In this document: positions 34,202-47,134 of the stretch, one piece after another
Layout of the letters: every line of letters starts with the position of its first letter
Numbering within the stretch: the first letter of the stretch is position 1
Source of the DNA: Lama glama
Lineage: Eukaryota
Assembly (NCBI GenBank): GCA_028534125.1
Contig: CM052832.1
Span: 21,268,001-21,332,000, forward strand
Direction of reading: 5' to 3'
DNA length: 64,000 bases
The notes under the pieces: generated by a model
What the model was told of the DNA's origin: nothing
The model's database searches: none
Seen by the model: the letters and a program-made list of their open reading frames with translations, nothing else
Program-made: the position numbers and the translations under genes

Positions 34202-35426
34202 TTTATTTTTGTTGTTGAAGTATAGTCAGTTACAACATGTCAATTTCTGGTGTACAGCACAATGTCCCAGTCATGCATATACATACATATATTCATTTTC
34301 ATATTGATTAAAGGTTATTACAAGATACTGACTATAGTTTCCTGTGCTAAACAGACAAAACTTGGTTTTTTAATCTGTTTTCATACATAGTGGCTAACAT
34401 TCACAAATCTCAAACTCCCAAATTTATCCCTTCCCACCCCCTTTCCCCTGGTAACCATAAGATTGTTTACTATGTCTATGAGTCTGTTTCTATTTTGTAA
34501 ATAAGTTTGTCTTTTTTTTTTTTTTTTAGATTCACATATGAGTAATATCATATGGTATGTTTCTTTCTCTTTCTGGCTTACTTAGAATGATGATTTCTAG
34601 GTCCATCCATGTTGCTGCAAATGGTATTACTTAATTCTTTTTATGGCTGAGTAGTATTCTATTGCAGTAAATGTACCACAACTTCTTTATCCAGTCATCT
34701 GTCAGTGGACATTTAGGTTGTTTCCATGTCTTGGCTATTGCATATAGTGCTGCTATGAAAATTGTGGTGCGTGTGTCTTTTTGAATTAAGAGTTCCCTCT
34801 GGATATATATGCCTAGGAGTGGGATTGCTAGATCATATGGTAAGTCTAGTTTTAGTTTTTTGAGGAATCTCCACACTGTTCTCCAAAATCGCTGCACCAA
34901 ACCCACATTCCCACCAGCAGTGTAGGAGGGTTCCCTTTTGTCCACACCCTCTCCAGCATTTATCTTTTGTGGACATTTTAATGGTGGCCATTCTGACTGG
35001 TGTTAGGTCATAAACTCATTGTCATTTTGATTTGCATTTCTCTGATAATGAGTGATAATGAGCATTTTTTTTTCACATGCTTATTGGTCGTTTGTATATC
35101 TTCATTGAAGAATTGCTCCTTTAGGTCTTCTGGCCATTTTTAGATTGGGTGTTTTTGTTGTTGTTATTAAGTTGTATAAGTTGTTTACATATTCTGGAAA
35201 TTAAACCTTTGTCAGCCTTATCATTTGCAAATATTTTCTCCCATTTGATAGGTTGTCATTTTGTTTTGCTTATGGTTTCCTTTGCTGTGCAAAAACTTAC
35301 AAGTTTAATTAGGTCCCATTTGTTAATTTTTGCTTTTATTTCTATTGCCTGGGTAGACTGCCGTAGGAGAACATTGCTAAGATTTATGTCAGAGAATGTT
35401 TTGCCTATGTTTTCTTTTTTATCATG
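34202..35426 (-). mobile_element. 5'-truncated young L1 (about 1.2 kb)
   Basis: ORF2 remnant [44 protein letters not shown] (34186-34201) / TAAAGCTCCCAATTTA (35427-35442). Confidence 0.95.
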
Positions 35427-35749
35427 TAAAGCTCCCAATTTAAATTTCATCCTTCACCAAAGGACTATATTAGGAATAATAATAGAATCCTTATCAATAT
35501 TAAATTAATATGCGTGAGACAGAAAAACCTAAGGTTTTCAGCTTAAATGTATAGGGAGGAATCATTTTCCATTTCTGAATACAGACTTCCAATAAACCTA
35601 TGCAACCTAGTTATGGTTACATAAGCAGATCTTAGGCGACAATCCTTCATGTGATTGGCTAAAGCGAAGCTTTCATTTTGGTAAAACCACATTCTTATTT
35701 CTGTTTATTTTGTCATCTTTGTCAGTGGTCATGGGTTGTTTAACTTCCT

Positions 35750-35870
35750 CTATTTGTTTAACAACTGTTTATCTGTAATAGCTTACTGCCTCCCAAGCAT
35801 CAACCTAGGCACTGAGGTCCAGTGGGTAATGAGATCGTCATGGTCCCTGCCCTCATAGAGCCTCACTCTG
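35750..35870 (-). mobile_element. L2 3' fragment
   Basis: CTAGGCACTGAGG...CATGGTCCCTGCCCTCATAGAGC. Confidence 0.65.
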
Positions 35871-36036
35871 TCCTGTGTATAATCTGATGCTGGACTGCAA
35901 GGCCGTGTGCCAATATGGAGAAACTTCCATAGTCAGGGGTACTAGCAATGCAAATTACTTCATGAAATTGTGAAAACTTTATTGGTGATCATTGACGTCA
36001 GAGAACTGTTAACACTTGACTTGGTTGGGTTACAAC

Positions 36037-36557
36037 TGTTACTGAGTCCAAGCTCATACTGCTCACTGGATGACAGGCCAATAAATCAAGAGATGAGTTG
36101 TTGGGGCAAGGAATAGCAACATTAGTCAGAAAGCCAGCTCACTGAGAAGTTGGTGGACTAGTGTCCCAAAGAACCATCTTACACAAGTTAGAAAATCAGG
36201 CTTGTTTTATATTCAAAGGAGGGTAGGGTGTGGTTGGTTATTGCAAACTTCTTGGTGTCAGAATCCTTTGTTCTTGCAGCTGTCCACCTAGGTCAGGTCA
36301 AGATGTTCCTGTTACCCTCCAACAAGACAAATATTATTCACTGTTCTGCAACTTTTGATCTCTGTATGAATGGAAAAGTGTTATACCCTTAAAGGTCAGA
36401 GCCTTGAGAATGGGCTAGCCTGTATATTTCAGGCCATAGGCAACTTTCTTTTACAAAAGGTGCAGAACCAGCATGACGAAGCACAGGAAACAGAGCACTG
36501 GGTTAGAGCTAAAGGAATAGATCTAATATGGAGTCAGATTTGTTCCTCCCTATTACA
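36037..36557 (-). mobile_element. ERV1-type solo LTR (about 520 bp, complete TG...CA)
   Basis: Reverse strand starts TGTAATAGGG and ends GGACTCAGTAACA; TATAAAA at 36205-36211. Confidence 0.85.
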
Positions 36558-36929
36558 TAATCACTTTTAGAACAACCTTTTTAGAGCTTTTAAATTCTGT
36601 TGTTTATCTGTGTATTACATAAAATTCTTGCTTGGTTTTCATACGCAATGATGACTCTGTTGGCCAATAATCTGGTTTGCTTTTGCCAGAAGTTGGGATA
36701 GATTTGCCCCATGCTGTCTCTAGTCTCCTCTCTGGTTTGTTTGACAAATGACATCATCAGACACGATTCAGAATTCAAGTGGGACTGAAGGTAGAGACCA
36801 TTATTTTAAAAAACAGAAGTTAATGGTCTGGTCTGAGGACTTTGGATTTATGTGAATATGGATAAAATAAAATAATACAGTCAAGAGGGAACAACCTAGA
36901 TAAACATCTTGGGAGGCAGCAAGGATAAA

Positions 36930-37125
36930 GAATATAGGCTTGGGCATTAGGCTGACCACTTTTATGTGATCTTGGCTGTTATTGGAACTCTGTGATTCTT
37001 GGTCCTCTCATCTGTGCAATGTGGGTGGTAGTATCTATCACCTAGTGCTGTTGTGAGGATTAAAATGAGATTGTTTATGTGAGGGTGCTACAGGCCTGCA
37101 CGTTAACAGCCTTTGATGCACAGAA
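36930..37125 (+). mobile_element. MIR SINE
   Basis: TGTGATCTTGG...CTCATCTGTGCAATG...TGTTGTGAGGATTAAAATGAGAT. Confidence 0.75.
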
Positions 37126-37167
37126 ATACTTTGAGGTGATTGTGTGTCAGTCCTACCTAGGGTGTGT

Positions 37168-37505
37168 TAAAAGGGGAGGGGTGTGGTTGGTTGTTGCAAA
37201 CTTGTTAGTGTCAGAATCCTTTGTTCTTGCAGCTGTCCACCTAGGTCAGGTCATGATGTTCCTGTAAAATCACTGAGACAAATGTTATTCTCTGTTCTGC
37301 AACTTTTTATCTCTATGTGAATGGAAAAGTGTTCTACCCTAAAGGTCAGAGCCTTGAGAATGGGCCATCCTGTGTATTTCAGGCTATAGGCAACTTTCTT
37401 TTACAGCAGGTGCAGAACCAGCATGACTGAGCCCAGGAAGCAGCACTGGCTTAGGGCTAAAGGAACTCGTCTAACAAGGAGTCGGATTTGTTCTTCCCTA
37501 TTACA
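37168..37505 (-). mobile_element. Second, truncated copy (U3 only) of the 36037-36557 LTR family
   Basis: Colinear with about 36215-36557; long identical blocks such as GTGTCAGAATCCTTTGTTCTTGCAGCTGTCCACCTAGGTCAGGTCA. Confidence 0.9.
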
Positions 37506-38304
37506 TAACTGAGCACTGGTGATCAGATGCTTTGACTCAGACAGTGAATGCCACTTTTCATTGGTAAAACCAAGACGTATGGCTATGCCTAAACTCAGGG
37601 AGCTACAGCAATGCAACCCTCTGTGTTCCCAAAAAGATGACCAGAAATATTGGTGAGCACCTCTGCCTATCCATCTACCATGATGAACAATCTCTAATCA
37701 GGGGAGCACTGGAGTAGGGGCCAAGAGTTATTAGAAAAGTGATGAAAATCCTAAATCTTGCAAACCACATAAAACCTTTAGCAGCCACTCCAGTGACTTC
37801 TGAAGATGATACTGTTTTAAAATGACAAGGCTGTTTCTTTACTTATATCTTGCCATTAGCATGCTTTCTGGTCCCTATTCTTCATCTTTTCTGCAATCTG
37901 GTGACTCAGAGAAGTGGCAATGAACAGTACCATGCATGTAGTGAGTGCTTACAACTCATTTGTTGATTGATTCAAACCATCGTAAAGAAACCACATTTGT
38001 AAGGGCAATGAATTGATGTTTCCTGTCCAAAGTCACAAGGCAGCGAGGGAGGCAGAAAGAGACGTTCATGCTGTCATTCGCCACCAGGGTACATTTATTA
38101 CTTCCTCGAGAAAAGTTGGCCCCAGAAGAGTTATTCATGTTTGTTGGCAGTTTCCAAAGGTGATTACCGCTTTTAGCCTTGGACAGCAGTCAGGCACTAA
38201 ATGTTAGGGGCAACGATGGTGGAAGACAGTGTCAAGCACAGTTAAGAGATCCCGCCTGCAGGTCACCCCCCAGTGTCTGCGTGAAGAGAGAAAGTACAAA
38301 TGAT

Positions 38305-38510
38305 ACTCATCTTTCAGAACTCAGCTCAGGTGTCACTTCCTCTGGAAGCCACGGCCAGGCCCCCAGCAGAACTGGGAGGTTCTACAGATTTTTATACTTC
38401 TAGTGCTAGAAAGTCAAATTGATGTTAATAGCATTTCCGTATTCTTCACTGGACTTTGACCTCCCCGAGGACACAGATCTGAGGTTATTCGGACTTCTTG
38501 CCCCAGCACC
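38305..38510 (+). mobile_element. L2 fragment
   Basis: CTCAGCTCAGGTGTCACTTCCTCTGGAAGCC...CACTGGACTTTGACCTCCCCGAGGACA. Confidence 0.6.
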
Positions 38511-39904
38511 CCAGAGACTTCTTAGACAGAAGGACAAAGTAACTCTTGCTGACTTAAAGCCCGGCATTCACTTCAAAAACCCAAACCGGAGTACTTGCTT
38601 CACCCCTTGCTGCGTTTTAAAATTACAAGCTGACATCTACATGCAAAGAAGGAAGGTGGGGACGGTCTGTGTTTACCATCTCAGGCCAATACACACACCA
38701 TGCCAAAGAGAGAATTTGATTCCATTTTAGAGCCGAGGTCTCAGGTCCAATTTAATTTGATCCCCCAATGACCAAGCTGATTAATTGGCAGCTCCAGCCT
38801 TGCTCCACAGTAAACCTTAATCCCTCCTAGTTTGCCATGAAATGAGTGGGAGTTGGCTGTTGGAGGCGTGAAAAACGTCAGTCTTGTTCAACCCTCCCCA
38901 GGCCTTGTGGAGGCGAGGTGGGGACGGGGCTGGCTGCCCTGAAGAGGAGCAGGTGTAAGGAGGATTAGGTCCCGGGAGGCAGGGGGGCTGTGGTGGGCAG
39001 GCAGCTGGTGAGATCCCAGGTGTGTGTGACTTGGCAGGGGTACAAAGAGAGGAGAGCTGCAAACAGCTCGAAGTCCCTGGGCTGTGCAGCTGCTTGTCTG
39101 GCACTGGCACGGGACCCACCTGTAGTGTCAGGGGCACCGCCCACTCCCAGGAGCAGGGGGACAGGAAAGGCCCCGCCCCTCCCAGGCAGGAGGCTGCAGG
39201 AAGCGAGCCTGCCCGAGGACTGCTGGGTAGAGCATCTCTCTTACACTTTGTTACCTCCCCAGGCTTCAGACAGTGCAGACTGGCTTTCCCTTTTCAAATG
39301 GTGACCCTTAGAGGACTAAGAGAAAGATAGTTATTTTCTTTCCAGTTGGGATCCTGTTCCCATGTCCACCTAGAAAGTAAGTGGAGAAACTCCCCAAGCT
39401 GGAGAGTAAGTCAACAGGCAGAGATACGCAGGGAAAAAAAAAAAAAAAAAGAAAAAGAAAAAGACAGACTCAAGGCCGAGAGGCAAAAATAAATGATCGT
39501 CCCTTCTGGATGGCCGGGAGCTCATGTAAACAAACTCTTCATAACAAGTCCTTCTTAATCTGTTTCTGTCTGGCTGCTAATCGCTTCTGTGGTTTTGCAG
39601 GATAGGAGGCATTCTCGGTGCTGAGGCCAGTGTGTCAGATTCAGTTACTGTGAATTTCAGAGGGTCTCTTGATCTCTGAGGACAAGAGGAGACGACTGGC
39701 CCCAAACCCGAGCGACTGCTGTTCATGCAGGGTGAAACAGCAACCTCTCTCGAGGGTGCCGGCTTCTAAGGAGTGGTTACCTCTCCTCTCCATAGTAAGC
39801 TGGCCTCCAGAACAGTTCTGACGCAGGTTAAGTCCATCTTGACTACTCACTGCTCGGTTTTGGCTTCTCCCATCTCTGCTTTTAAGTGTAAATAGCAAAA
39901 CCTG

Positions 39905-40551
39905 CTGGTTTGCTGGCACACAGCATCCATCCTCCCATTCTTGTTGCTAATAGAACCCCAGCTTGGGGGCAAGGGGACAATGGAAGTGTACACAGTTAAC
40001 ACATACTCACTTATAGCCAGACCCTACAGCATCCAGGCATGGCTGTGTGACATTTATTGTCAAGGAGACATAGGCGGAGGATGTCTGGGAAAGATTTTTG
40101 TTTCTGGATATAGGCCCCACTCATTCTGGATTCGCCCTTTCTTCCTACCTGGAATGCAGACGTGGCATCCAGAGTACATCTTGATCCCACGAAGATGAAA
40201 GCCATATGCTGAAGATGTCAGGGCATGGGGAGAGGAGGAGGCAGTGTCCTCAGCATCACTGAGCCAGGATACCAGCCCAGACTGCTCATCTCTGGGCTTC
40301 CTGGTACAGGATAACCCTGTGGTTCCCATACTCCAGTGGGCATCTTAATCACTTGGAGGCTTGTTAAAACACAGGTTTCTGGGCTCTTCCTCCAGAGGAT
40401 CTGATTCAGAAGATCTGGGGTTGGGCCTGACACAAGTTCCCAGGTGATGCTCAATCATTCCAGGACAGAAACCACTTGGATAAGTGAATTGCCATCCGTG
40501 GAAGCCACTATTTTTATATATTCATAGCTGAGTACAGTCCCGACTGATACA
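39905..40551 (+). mobile_element. MLT1 (J/K-like) LTR interrupted by MER5A
   Basis: CTAATAGAACCCC...CTACCTGGAATGCAGACGTG...GATGAAAGCCATATGCTGAAGATG...ACTGATACA. Confidence 0.7.
40317..40477. mobile_element. MER5A hAT-Charlie MITE
   Basis: AATCACTTGGAGGCTTGTTAAAACACAG...TCTGATTCAG...CAAGTTCCCAGGTGATGCT; 8-bp TSD GGATAACC / GGATAAGT. Confidence 0.85.
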
Positions 40552-40870
40552 CTGCCCTCTAACCGCTCCATGGCTGTACAGCTCACCTCATCCTTTACCT
40601 CCAAAAGGGGGCTGAAAACTGTTAATCACAAGGCATAAATAACCAGTGAGGTCTGCATTTGGATTCTGACAGATACTCGGTCAAAGAAAGGAGTCTCTGC
40701 TTTAAACTTTGAGGCATTACTGAAGCTGACTGGAGGAGATACTTTGGAACAGGAGAGCTTACCCGGAATCTCTGAAATCACAGCAGACATCCTTTATACG
40801 TACAAGTGGATTTTCTCTGCACTCTTTCTTTTCTGTCTAGAGACCGTTAGCCTAAGACAGTAAGGTACAT

Positions 40871-40975
40871 TAGCTATGGGACTGGGGGCAAATTCTTAAA
40901 CTTCTCTGAGCCTCAGTTTTCTCATCTGTAAAACCGACGATAATACACATCACACAGGCTCGTTGTAAGGCATAA
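40871..40975 (+). mobile_element. MIR SINE
   Basis: CTTCTCTGAGCCTCAGTTTTCTCATCTGTAAAA. Confidence 0.85.
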
Positions 40976-40997
40976 GTGCTTTTGGGGAATTAGAGGT

Positions 40998-41444
40998 AAT
41001 CTGAGTGTCCATCATTGGGAAGACAGACAGGCAAGATGTGTGGGTGAAAATCACAGATTACTAAGTAGCAGACAGAGCAATAGAACAGATGCACACCGAA
41101 CAGGACCTTGAAAACAGTGCTTAGTGAAAAAAGACATACAATGCAACAATTTGATGAATTAGACAATTAAAAATAGATGCATACCAAATAATACCCATCA
41201 TGCACAATATAAACAGAGATATCTGTTAAATAGATTGGTTGTCTGTGAGGAGGAGAGGATGGGAGTATAATATGGGTATAAAAGGATTTTTTTCCCCTAA
41301 ATAAACAAGTGTCTTTCAGATTGACAAAAATATTTGAAAATACTAAACTTTCAAAGTGTCTGAAAATACTAAATTTTAATAAAAACACGGAGGAAAAGAA
41401 ACTCTCATACGCTGCTGACAGGAGTGTAAATTGGTACAAGCCAT
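40998..41444 (+). mobile_element. Old L1 fragments
   Basis: GTGTCCATCATTGGGAAG...CTTGAAAACAGTGCTTAGTGAAAAAAG; AACTCTCATACGCTGCTGACAGGAGTGTAAATTGGTACAA. Confidence 0.55.
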
Positions 41445-41680
41445 TGGTACAGCCTGCTAGTTACTGCCAATATCCATTTCTTGTTTTTCTACAAAGCTGA
41501 ACCCAGATTCTTTAACTTGGCACATGGCCACTCAGAATAACTCTCCATTTCCTGGTCTCCTTTGAAGCTAAGTGTGGACATGTGAGTAAGTTCTGGCTAG
41601 TGGTATGTGATTGGAAGCATCATTGGAAATATCTGGGAAGTGTTATTAAATGAAGGGGAGGGGGGTCTCAATACATGACT
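41445..41680 (+). mobile_element. MLT1 LTR 5' part
   Basis: CTGCTAGTTACTGCCAATATCCATT...CATGTGAGTAAGTTCTGGCTAGTG. Confidence 0.65.
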
Positions 41681-43516
41681 GGAGAAAGAAGGGAATGGCA
41701 GAGAGAGATGGAAGTCATCTGTAATGTCTGAAGCCTCCCCCTTAGCTGACCCAGCCCCAGACTGGGCAGCCGGTAATTCAAGATGCTCACTCTGTTCTCG
41801 AAGGAAGAGGGGCATCGGCCAGGAATACACGAAATGATCATTTTGTTTCTTGTGGAAAGGGTGTTTTGAGGTTGCTTATGATCATAAGTATATAACTTAG
41901 CCTTGGTACTGCTACACCCTAAATGGATGAAACTGTTAGAAGGGGGAGGCCATAAACAAAGTTGAAGTGGAGAGGTCTGAGGCACGGTGGTAAAGGAAGT
42001 ACTGTATGATGACTTTCTAAACCTCTGTTTCAGCCTGGAGATATGTTAACAAAAACAGTCCCCCCCACCTCGTTTCTGCACTGTTCAACATATGCATAAA
42101 TAAATATCTTAGAGCTTATTTTTGATGATTAGGCAATCCCTGGAAGGAAAAAAAATGATGAATTCAATTTGTTATTTCTCTGTCCTAAAAAAGAAGATAG
42201 TATAGCCCTTAGCTGCTTGTTTCAATAACAGTTTGTCTACCACTCAAAACCAGAGCCCCACATCTGTTCCTAATAAAAGTCTGTAATCAGCAGTGCCCAT
42301 TGCCTTTCAAAACTTATTTTCTTCATCCCCAAACTATTCACAGACCTGGCCAAAGCTTATTTCTGTTGTCACCAAGACATAATGGCACTACATGTATTCC
42401 AAGAGAAATAAATCAGCAGTGATGCCAAGTAGAATCGGTGTCAGCCACTTAGGCGATTGAAAATCTGAGCCTTAATTACAAATTGACATGTTCACTTATT
42501 AAAATGCTGGAGTAGGCAGGGTTTTTTTTTTTTTGGTTTGTTTTGTTTTTAAGTTGATGACATTCAGACCTTAGTGATACTTTGTTTCAGGTCACAAGGC
42601 TAAAAGACATTTGATAATAAAAACAGTTCACATTTTCTGGAAAACAGACTCTCAAAACAGCAACCTTAAAACACCCTTTGCACAAGAAACATTTGTTGAT
42701 GAAAACTGTGGACTTTGAACTGAGCCTGAAACACAGCCAACCAGGCCACTACCTTGCAAAAAGCTTCACCTGCAACTGGCCTGAGGCCAGCAGGTTCCTG
42801 GGTGAGAGATTTTGAATCGGTCCACCATCCCACTTGGGCCGACTGTTTTGTTGCTCTGTGAGAACCAGCCAGGGTGTTTGAAAACAGCCTTTGGAAAAGG
42901 CTAATGTACAATTCTGGGTGGAAGTGCAGTTTCACTGTTCCTGAAGTGACAGGCCCTGCATACTTTCTTCTTCCTCTGGGAACGTTGATCTTCAATGTTT
43001 TCTCAGCTTTGAGCCATTTAAAAAGAGAAGCACATGTTGGGAGCTTCAGCAAACTGCTGTTTGCCCTAAAGCTATAGCAAGGTGTAGGGTAAGTGTGCAA
43101 AGTAACAGGGGACGCGGCAGACAACGGTGACACCAGACAGAGGGGTGGGGCCCAGGAGCCGCCTCAAGACCTCAAAAGCTCAGGGGAGCTGCTGTGTGGA
43201 GCTCACTGCCGACGACATGTAACTGCTGGGCGACTGTCCTTCCTGATTCCAAGGTGGGCACCGGGCACCGGACACCGGTCACTTCAGGCAGTCATACCTC
43301 CTCGTTCCACTGCCACCATCTCAGGTGTTTTTTAGCTGCAACCAAATCATTAAAAGATGCTGAAAAGCATATTCCCTTTTGAAGGATGTACCTTAGTTTG
43401 TTTAAAATCCATGTTTTTCAATCCTAAGGCCTATACAGTGCCACAAATTGACCAAGGCTTTGTGTAGGAGAAGGGAGGGGGACAAAGTGCATGGAAGAGA
43501 TAGGAAAAGGACAGAA

Positions 43517-44790
43517 TTTTTTAAAAATTGAAGTATAGTTGATTTACAGTGTTGTTACTTTCTGGTGTACAGCATAGTGATTCAGTTATGTGCGTATATA
43601 TATATATATATTCTTTTTCATTAAAAGTTATTACAAGCTATTGAATACGGTTCCCAGGTCCTTGTTAATCTGCTTTGGATATAGTAGGTTGTATGCTAAT
43701 TCCAAACTCCTAAGTTATCCCTCCATCCTCTTCCCCTTTGGTAACCATAAGTTTGTTTTCTGTATCTGTGAGTCTGTTTTGTAAATAAGTTCATTTGTAT
43801 CATTCTTTAGATTCGACATATAAGTGATATCATAAGATATTTGCCTTTCTCTGACTTCCTTCACTAAGATAATCTCTAAGTTGCTGCAAATGGCATTATC
43901 TCAGTCTTTTTATGGCCATTGTTTGTGTGTAGGGGGGGTGCGCGTTCATATCACAACTTCTTTATACATTCATCAGTGGACATTCAGGTTGCTTTCATGT
44001 CTTGGCTACTGTAAATAGTGCTGCTGTGAACATTGGGGTGCATGTATCTTCCATTAGAGTTTTCTCCAGATATGTGCCCAGGAGTAGAATTGCTGGATCA
44101 TAGGATAAGTCTATTTTCAGTTTTTTAAGTAATCTTATACTGTTTTCCACAGTGGCTGCACCGAATTACATTCCCACCAACAGTGTAGGAGGGTTCCCTT
44201 TTCTCCACATCCTCTCCAGCATTTACTGTTTGTGGACTTTTTAATGATGGCCATTCTGACCAGTGTGAGGTGATACCTTGTAGTTTTGACTTGCATTTCT
44301 CTGATAATTAGCAAAGTTGAGCATCTTTTCATGTGCCTCTGGGCCATCTGTACGTCTTCATTGGAGAATTGCTTGTTTAGGTCTTCTGCCCATTTTTGGA
44401 TTAGGTTGATCGGGCCTTTGTTATTGAGTTGTATAAGCTGTTTGTCTATTCTGGAAGTCAGGCCCTTGTCAGTTGTATCGTTTGCAGATATTTTCTCCCA
44501 GTCTGTAGGTTGTCTTTTCATTTTATGTATGGTTTCCTTTGCTGTGCATTAGGTCTCATTTGTTTATTTCTGCTTTTATTTCTTTTGTTTTGGTAGACTG
44601 ACCTAGGAAAACACTGCTTTTATTTATATACAAGAATGTTTTGCTTATGTTCTCTCCTAGGAGATTTATGATGTCCGGTCTTATGTTTTAAGTCTTTAAA
44701 CCATTGTGAGTTTATTTTTGTGTATGGTGTGAGGGAGTATTCTAACTTCATTGATTTACATGTGGCTGTCCAGCTTTCCCAACACCACTT
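43517..44790 (-). mobile_element. 5'-truncated L1 (about 1.27 kb)
   Basis: ORF2 remnant [15 protein letters not shown]...[35 protein letters not shown] (43504-43516) / GAAAAGGGCATAA (44792-44804). Confidence 0.95.
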
Positions 44791-45099
44791 AGAAAAGGGC
44801 ATAAGATTGGATCTTAAAAGTAAGGGAAGAGGTCATGGGAGGATGACTTCAGAATGGTATATTTTTTTTCTCTGCGAGGAAACTTAGTTATGATGTACAA
44901 GAATACTGATTTTTGAATTCAGAGCAAGTGGCCCTAAATCCATTAGGGCTGTGCTGGTTTTTGCTTCATTCAGTGAGTTTATACATAAAGACAGAAAGAT
45001 GTGACTTTGTGCACAGAAATCTGCAGCAGGTTTCCCCAGAAACCCTTCAGAGAAGTGGGATTGCGTTCCCAGCAGGGGAGAGTAAGAATTGCCTCTGGA

Positions 45100-45460
45100 G
45101 CCACAGTGCGTGAACTTATGAGTCAGAAACAGAGTGGACTGGCACACTAAGGGACCCTCTAGGTAGGGTTAGAGGATGAGTTACAAGGGGTGCTGTTAGG
45201 TCGGAGACGGGAGACTTCCGGCCCACGGGTGATGACTCCCGATGCCCAGCCCCTAGAGTGCGTTTGCACAGAGACATCTGTGTTGGGTGCAGGATTTGAG
45301 GGGTGCTGTTTCACATGATGACCTGGAAGGAGCAGAAGAAAGGGGAACACGTGTTCTACCCCCCCCCCCAACCAGCCAGGGGGTTTGCCCACAGACCGTG
45401 TGATTGTTACTTGCAGGCTCCGACCCCAAAGCAGCTGTGGTTGCCAAGGTCCGAGCAGAA
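45100..45460. promoter_or_regulatory. Putative enhancer (AP-1/ETS/E-box/RUNX cluster)
   Basis: TGAGTCA 45119, ACTTCCGG 45214, TCACATGA 45311, GAACACGTGTTC 45345, TGTGGTT 45436, TTGCCAA 45441; several CpGs retained. Confidence 0.35.
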
Positions 45461-45991
45461 GCAGAACTGCTTCCCCTCTCCCCTCACTCCTCCAGAGCCC
45501 CCAGAGAGGCTCCATGGCTGAGGGGAGGAGACTTCTCAGAGGTTCAGGTGGAAGGCATCATGAGGAGCAGAGATGGTGGGCAAGTGCCTTGGCCAAGTTG
45601 GCGTGGAGGAATGTGAACAGAGGTTCATAGAGGGAGATGTGCCGAGGTCCTGCAGTTACAGGGGATGGGAGCTGAGAGCTCTTAGGATTTATCATTCAAT
45701 GTAAATATAATCTCATTTGTATCCACACAAGGGTGAGGCTTGAGAGACTCAGTTTATGCATATGAAAGCCACCTCCACCATTGCAGCTCCCACCAGGTCA
45801 ATGACCAGTGAAGGTGGGGGTTCCATCAGATTTTAGGGGCACAACCGGAGTCGGTGGAGCACCTCTGATCAACTGTAGAGGTGCCATCATTGAGAACTGT
45901 GTAGCCCTTGGGAAAGGAAGCGCTGGATGTCTTTGGCCAAGGACAGTCAGGAGTGGCAGTAAAAGGCCCTTGGCTCGCCCTCAGTCTATTC

Positions 45992-46590
45992 CTCATTCAT
46001 GCATTCACATTCATTCAACAAATGTTCACTGAACACCTAACACACACCATCCACTAGTCTAGGTGCCCGAGATACAGGAACGAACAAAAAGGATGGAAGA
46101 CCCACCATCTTGGGGCTTATGCTTTAAAAAGCAGACAGATAATAATTATCTGTATTTTCCAACTACATAGTACCTTAGTCCTGAGAGCTAAGGATAAAAA
46201 TAAAGCAGAGGAGGAGGATGGGAGGAGTGTAGGAAATTATATGTGCAGCTTTAGATAGGGTGGTCAGGAAAGGTGTTGGCTGAGAAGGTGGCTTTTGAGT
46301 GACGATGTAATGGTGGCCACAGTGAGCTCTGCAGATAGAGGCCGAGGGCAGTGTGCACGAAGACTTGAGGCAGGAGCATGCTTCCGCATTGGCGAGACAG
46401 TCAAGAGGCCACTGGGGCTGGAATGGAATATGAAAGAGGGAGGAGGCGTGAGGTCTAAGGGGGACAAAGGGGCAGGTCATGCAGAGCCCTGAGACCACTT
46501 TAACCACCCCACTTAACCGAGAGCGGAAACCATGCAAAAATACGGAGCAGAGGACTGGACGGTCTCATTTCAGGAGGCCTTTCTCTGTGG
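45992..46590 (-). mobile_element. L2a-like 3' region
   Basis: CATTCATTCAACAAATGTTCACTGAACACCTA...TTTAGATAGGGTGGTCAGGAAAGG...TGAGGCAGGAGCATGCTT. Confidence 0.85.
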
Positions 46591-47134
46591 GAGGAGAGAA
46601 TCTGCACCTCACATCAGAGCTACTCTCTCCCTTGGCATGTTTGCAAGGAGAGGCTCATTAGGAAAAAGGCAGGGTGTGGCAAAATCTTTGGAGTTGGGGG
46701 GTCCTTGAATTTTTAGAGCATCTGAGCCCTTACCTCACCTTCCCCCTCAGTGAAAAATCATCTAAAATAAAATATCCCCAAGATAGAGAGCATCTTCACA
46801 ATTGTGCTGTCGATGGAGGCCTGGAATCAGGCTGACCCAGTCAACCAAAGCCCGGGGAGAAGCAGTGGGGCCTTGGAGTCATTGAGCCGCCCTGGGGCTC
46901 TGCTCTTCATACCTCAAATGTGAGCTGTGCAGAGGGTCCCCCAGGGGGAATCAGGCAATTACTCCTGCTAAGAAACTGACCAACGCCTGGAGGCCCAGAG
47001 CTGCCCTTTGGGGAGACTGGGGTGAGAACGAGAGGCATGTGCGCAAGTGCTGTCCTGGCCCAGGCTCTGAGGCTGCGAGGAGCTGCTGCTTTCCTTTAAA
47101 TGTGGGGTGGTATCTCTGAACTTACTATTTTTTC

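Noticed and set aside
36037..37505. Two LTRs as the ends of a deleted provirus
   Set aside because: The spacer contains an older MIR and no PBS, PPT or gag/pol remnant that I can see; the would-be 5' LTR lacks R/U5.
7722..43133. Longest non-L1 ORFs (7722-8258, 178 aa; 42666-43133, 155 aa; 19297-19632, 111 aa)
   Set aside because: No recognisable domain, mostly non-ATG starts and no convincing splice context; the first runs through a MIR. Such lengths are expected by chance in 64 kb.
45344..45357. Steroid-receptor element GGAACA-CG-TGTTCT
   Set aside because: Spacer is 2 nt, not the 3 nt required for GR/AR/PR dimers; better read as an E-box palindrome.
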